10,628 nucleotides of DNA, taken from NCBI GenBank assembly GCA_023515725.1, contig JALDTO010000191.1:1-10628 (forward strand), written 5' to 3'. Below the pieces are notes generated by a model. That model did not search any database. It was not told the origin of the DNA and saw only the letters and a list, made by a program, of their open reading frames with translations. The DNA comes from Amoeboaphelidium protococcarum X5. Taxonomy: Eukaryota > Fungi > Aphelidiomycota. Shown in pieces: positions 9,414 through 10,628 of this stretch (the stretch's first letter is position 1; each line of letters starts with the position of its first letter). A program made the translations under genes and the position numbers.

Positions 9414-9713
9414 TCAGCTTGCAAGCCTTTTACAAAAATGAGACGCATGAAACAATGCAACTAATCTGAGCTCTTTGATCGTCTTTTAAATAGAATCGGG
9501 CATTCTAAACTTTAATGGCTAATGGTTTGAAGATAGAAAAGGCTAACGAACGCGTTATAGCATCTAATAGATATCAGAGGTCAATGAAGCTTCTTCACTT
9601 ATAAGCATGTAATAGCGTTATTAAACTTGACTGAATACTGTAAAAGTAGAAAGAACGAATAGTGAATATAAGTTGTAAGATGGCCATATCATGACGACAA
9701 AGAGACTGCCCAT
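9414..9713 (-). CDS. Hypothetical protein (99 aa from ATG 9713; frame stays open upstream to ~9880)
   Basis: TGA-free frame under TAR=Gln: MGSLFVVMIWPSYNLYSLFVLSTFTVFSQVQQRYYMLISEEASLTSDIYQMLQRVRQPFL...HFCKRLAS-TGA. No family recognised. With a single stop codon, ORFs of this length can arise by chance. Confidence 0.25.
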
Positions 9714-10012
9714 TGTGTTAGAAATAAGAGCGTTATTACACCGTAACCTTGTGATTGTCCAACTCAGACTGTCATCACAGCCTAATAGTTTCTAATCATG
9801 ACTCTTCAAGTCTCTACTTTAAGATTTTCGTTATGCAACAAGTACTTAGTATAAACGGCACCATGATACAAGCAAACTACATCATTGTCCAGCAGTTGAT
9901 ACTTTCAATCAGTTAAAATCAATTTCACCACCCAATTGTATTGCAATTACTCTTTACAGTGTGCTTCACTGCGATTGACGCGTGTAAAGTCGGGCGGCGA
10001 TCCGACAGCAGT

Positions 10013-10024
10013 AGAGAGAGAGAG
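10013..10024. repeat. (AG)6 tract downstream of HSP70
   Basis: agagagagagag read directly from the sequence. Confidence 0.8.
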
Positions 10025-10228
10025 TCGGCGAGTGAAGTTGTTTGTCAAGCAATGAGGAAGCAAAATAATAACGCGTATCATCACTATAGTGAATGAGAAT
10101 ACCATTGTATCAACTAAAAAGTTTAATGTAAAATTATTAACAAGAATCATGAGTAATTATTATTGTTATATTTATTCAGCCACTTTCATTTGCCATATTC
10201 AGTAAATTTAGTTTATTCAGCTAGCATA

Positions 10229-10628
10229 TCAATCAACTTCCTCAACAGATGGACCGGTAGTATCTGGTTGAGGTGCACCTGGAGCACCGCCTGGAGCAGC
10301 ACCTTGAGGCATTCCACCGGCCTGATACAACTTGGTCATGATTGGGTTGGCAGTACCTTCCAGCTCCTTCTGCTTACTCTCAAACTCCTCCTTGCTAGCC
10401 TCCAGGTTCTGATCCAACCAGCTAATTGTCTCAGTGATAGCCTTCTCCAATGTCTCCTTGTCAGCCTCATCAATCTTGCCCTTAAGGTTGTCATCGTTCA
10501 GAGTGTTGCGCAGATTGTAAGCATAAGACTCAAGTCCATTCTTGGCATGGAAACGTGCAGTAGCCTCCTCATCCTGCTTCTTGTACTTCTCAGCCTCACT
10601 TACCATTCTCTCAATGTCTTCCTGACTC
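10229..10628 (-). CDS. HSP70: Cytosolic Hsp70 (SSA/HSC70 type), 3' part; 5' end outside window
   Basis: [46 protein letters not shown], a GGMP/GGAP-rich linker and the terminal GPSVEEVD, followed by TGA (10229-10231). Confidence 0.97.
   Translation of the reverse strand, partial: SQEDIERMVSEAEKYKKQDEEATARFHAKNGLESYAYNLRNTLNDDNLKGKIDEADKETLEKAITETISWLDQNLEASKEEFESKQKELEGTANPIMTKLYQAGGMPQGAAPGGAPGAPQPDTTGPSVEEVD

Noticed and set aside
1-10628. Ciliate origin; prokaryotic features (operons, CRISPR, IS elements); tRNA or rRNA genes
   Set aside because: Gene content is fungal/opisthokont-like with spliceosomal introns. I saw no repeat-spacer array, transposase, terminal inverted repeat or cloverleaf. 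The suppressor-type tRNA-Gln is not visible in this window.

Overview
Gene-dense eukaryotic nuclear DNA, fungus-like/opisthokont, that does NOT use the standard genetic code. TAA and TAG are read as glutamine and TGA is the only stop (NCBI table 6 type). Under that code the fragmented ORF track collapses into intact genes, translated by hand: a Chs4/Skt5-like Sel1-repeat chitin-synthase activator (3' end, ends in CaaX), Eaf6 (NuA4), Did2/CHMP1 (ESCRT-III, 1 intron), a 953-aa LRR-DH-PH RhoGEF with a hydrophobic N-terminus, an NDUFAF8-like twin-CX9C protein (1 intron), a VARP/ANKRD27-like VPS9 GEF without ankyrin repeats, an Ima1/TMEM201 nuclear-envelope protein (probably 1 intron), and the 3' end of cytosolic Hsp70. 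An unexplained ~0.9 kb gap (9315-10228) holds a weak candidate ORF. Fungal-type genes plus TAR=Gln fit the aphelid Amoeboaphelidium protococcarum, where this code is already known; that source assignment is an inference. Secondary observations: Hsp70 avoids TAR codons, two genes end in tandem TGA stops, the three ~60-nt introns lack CTRAY but all share GCGAT and end in TGTAG, and each short divergent intergenic region carries a microsatellite.
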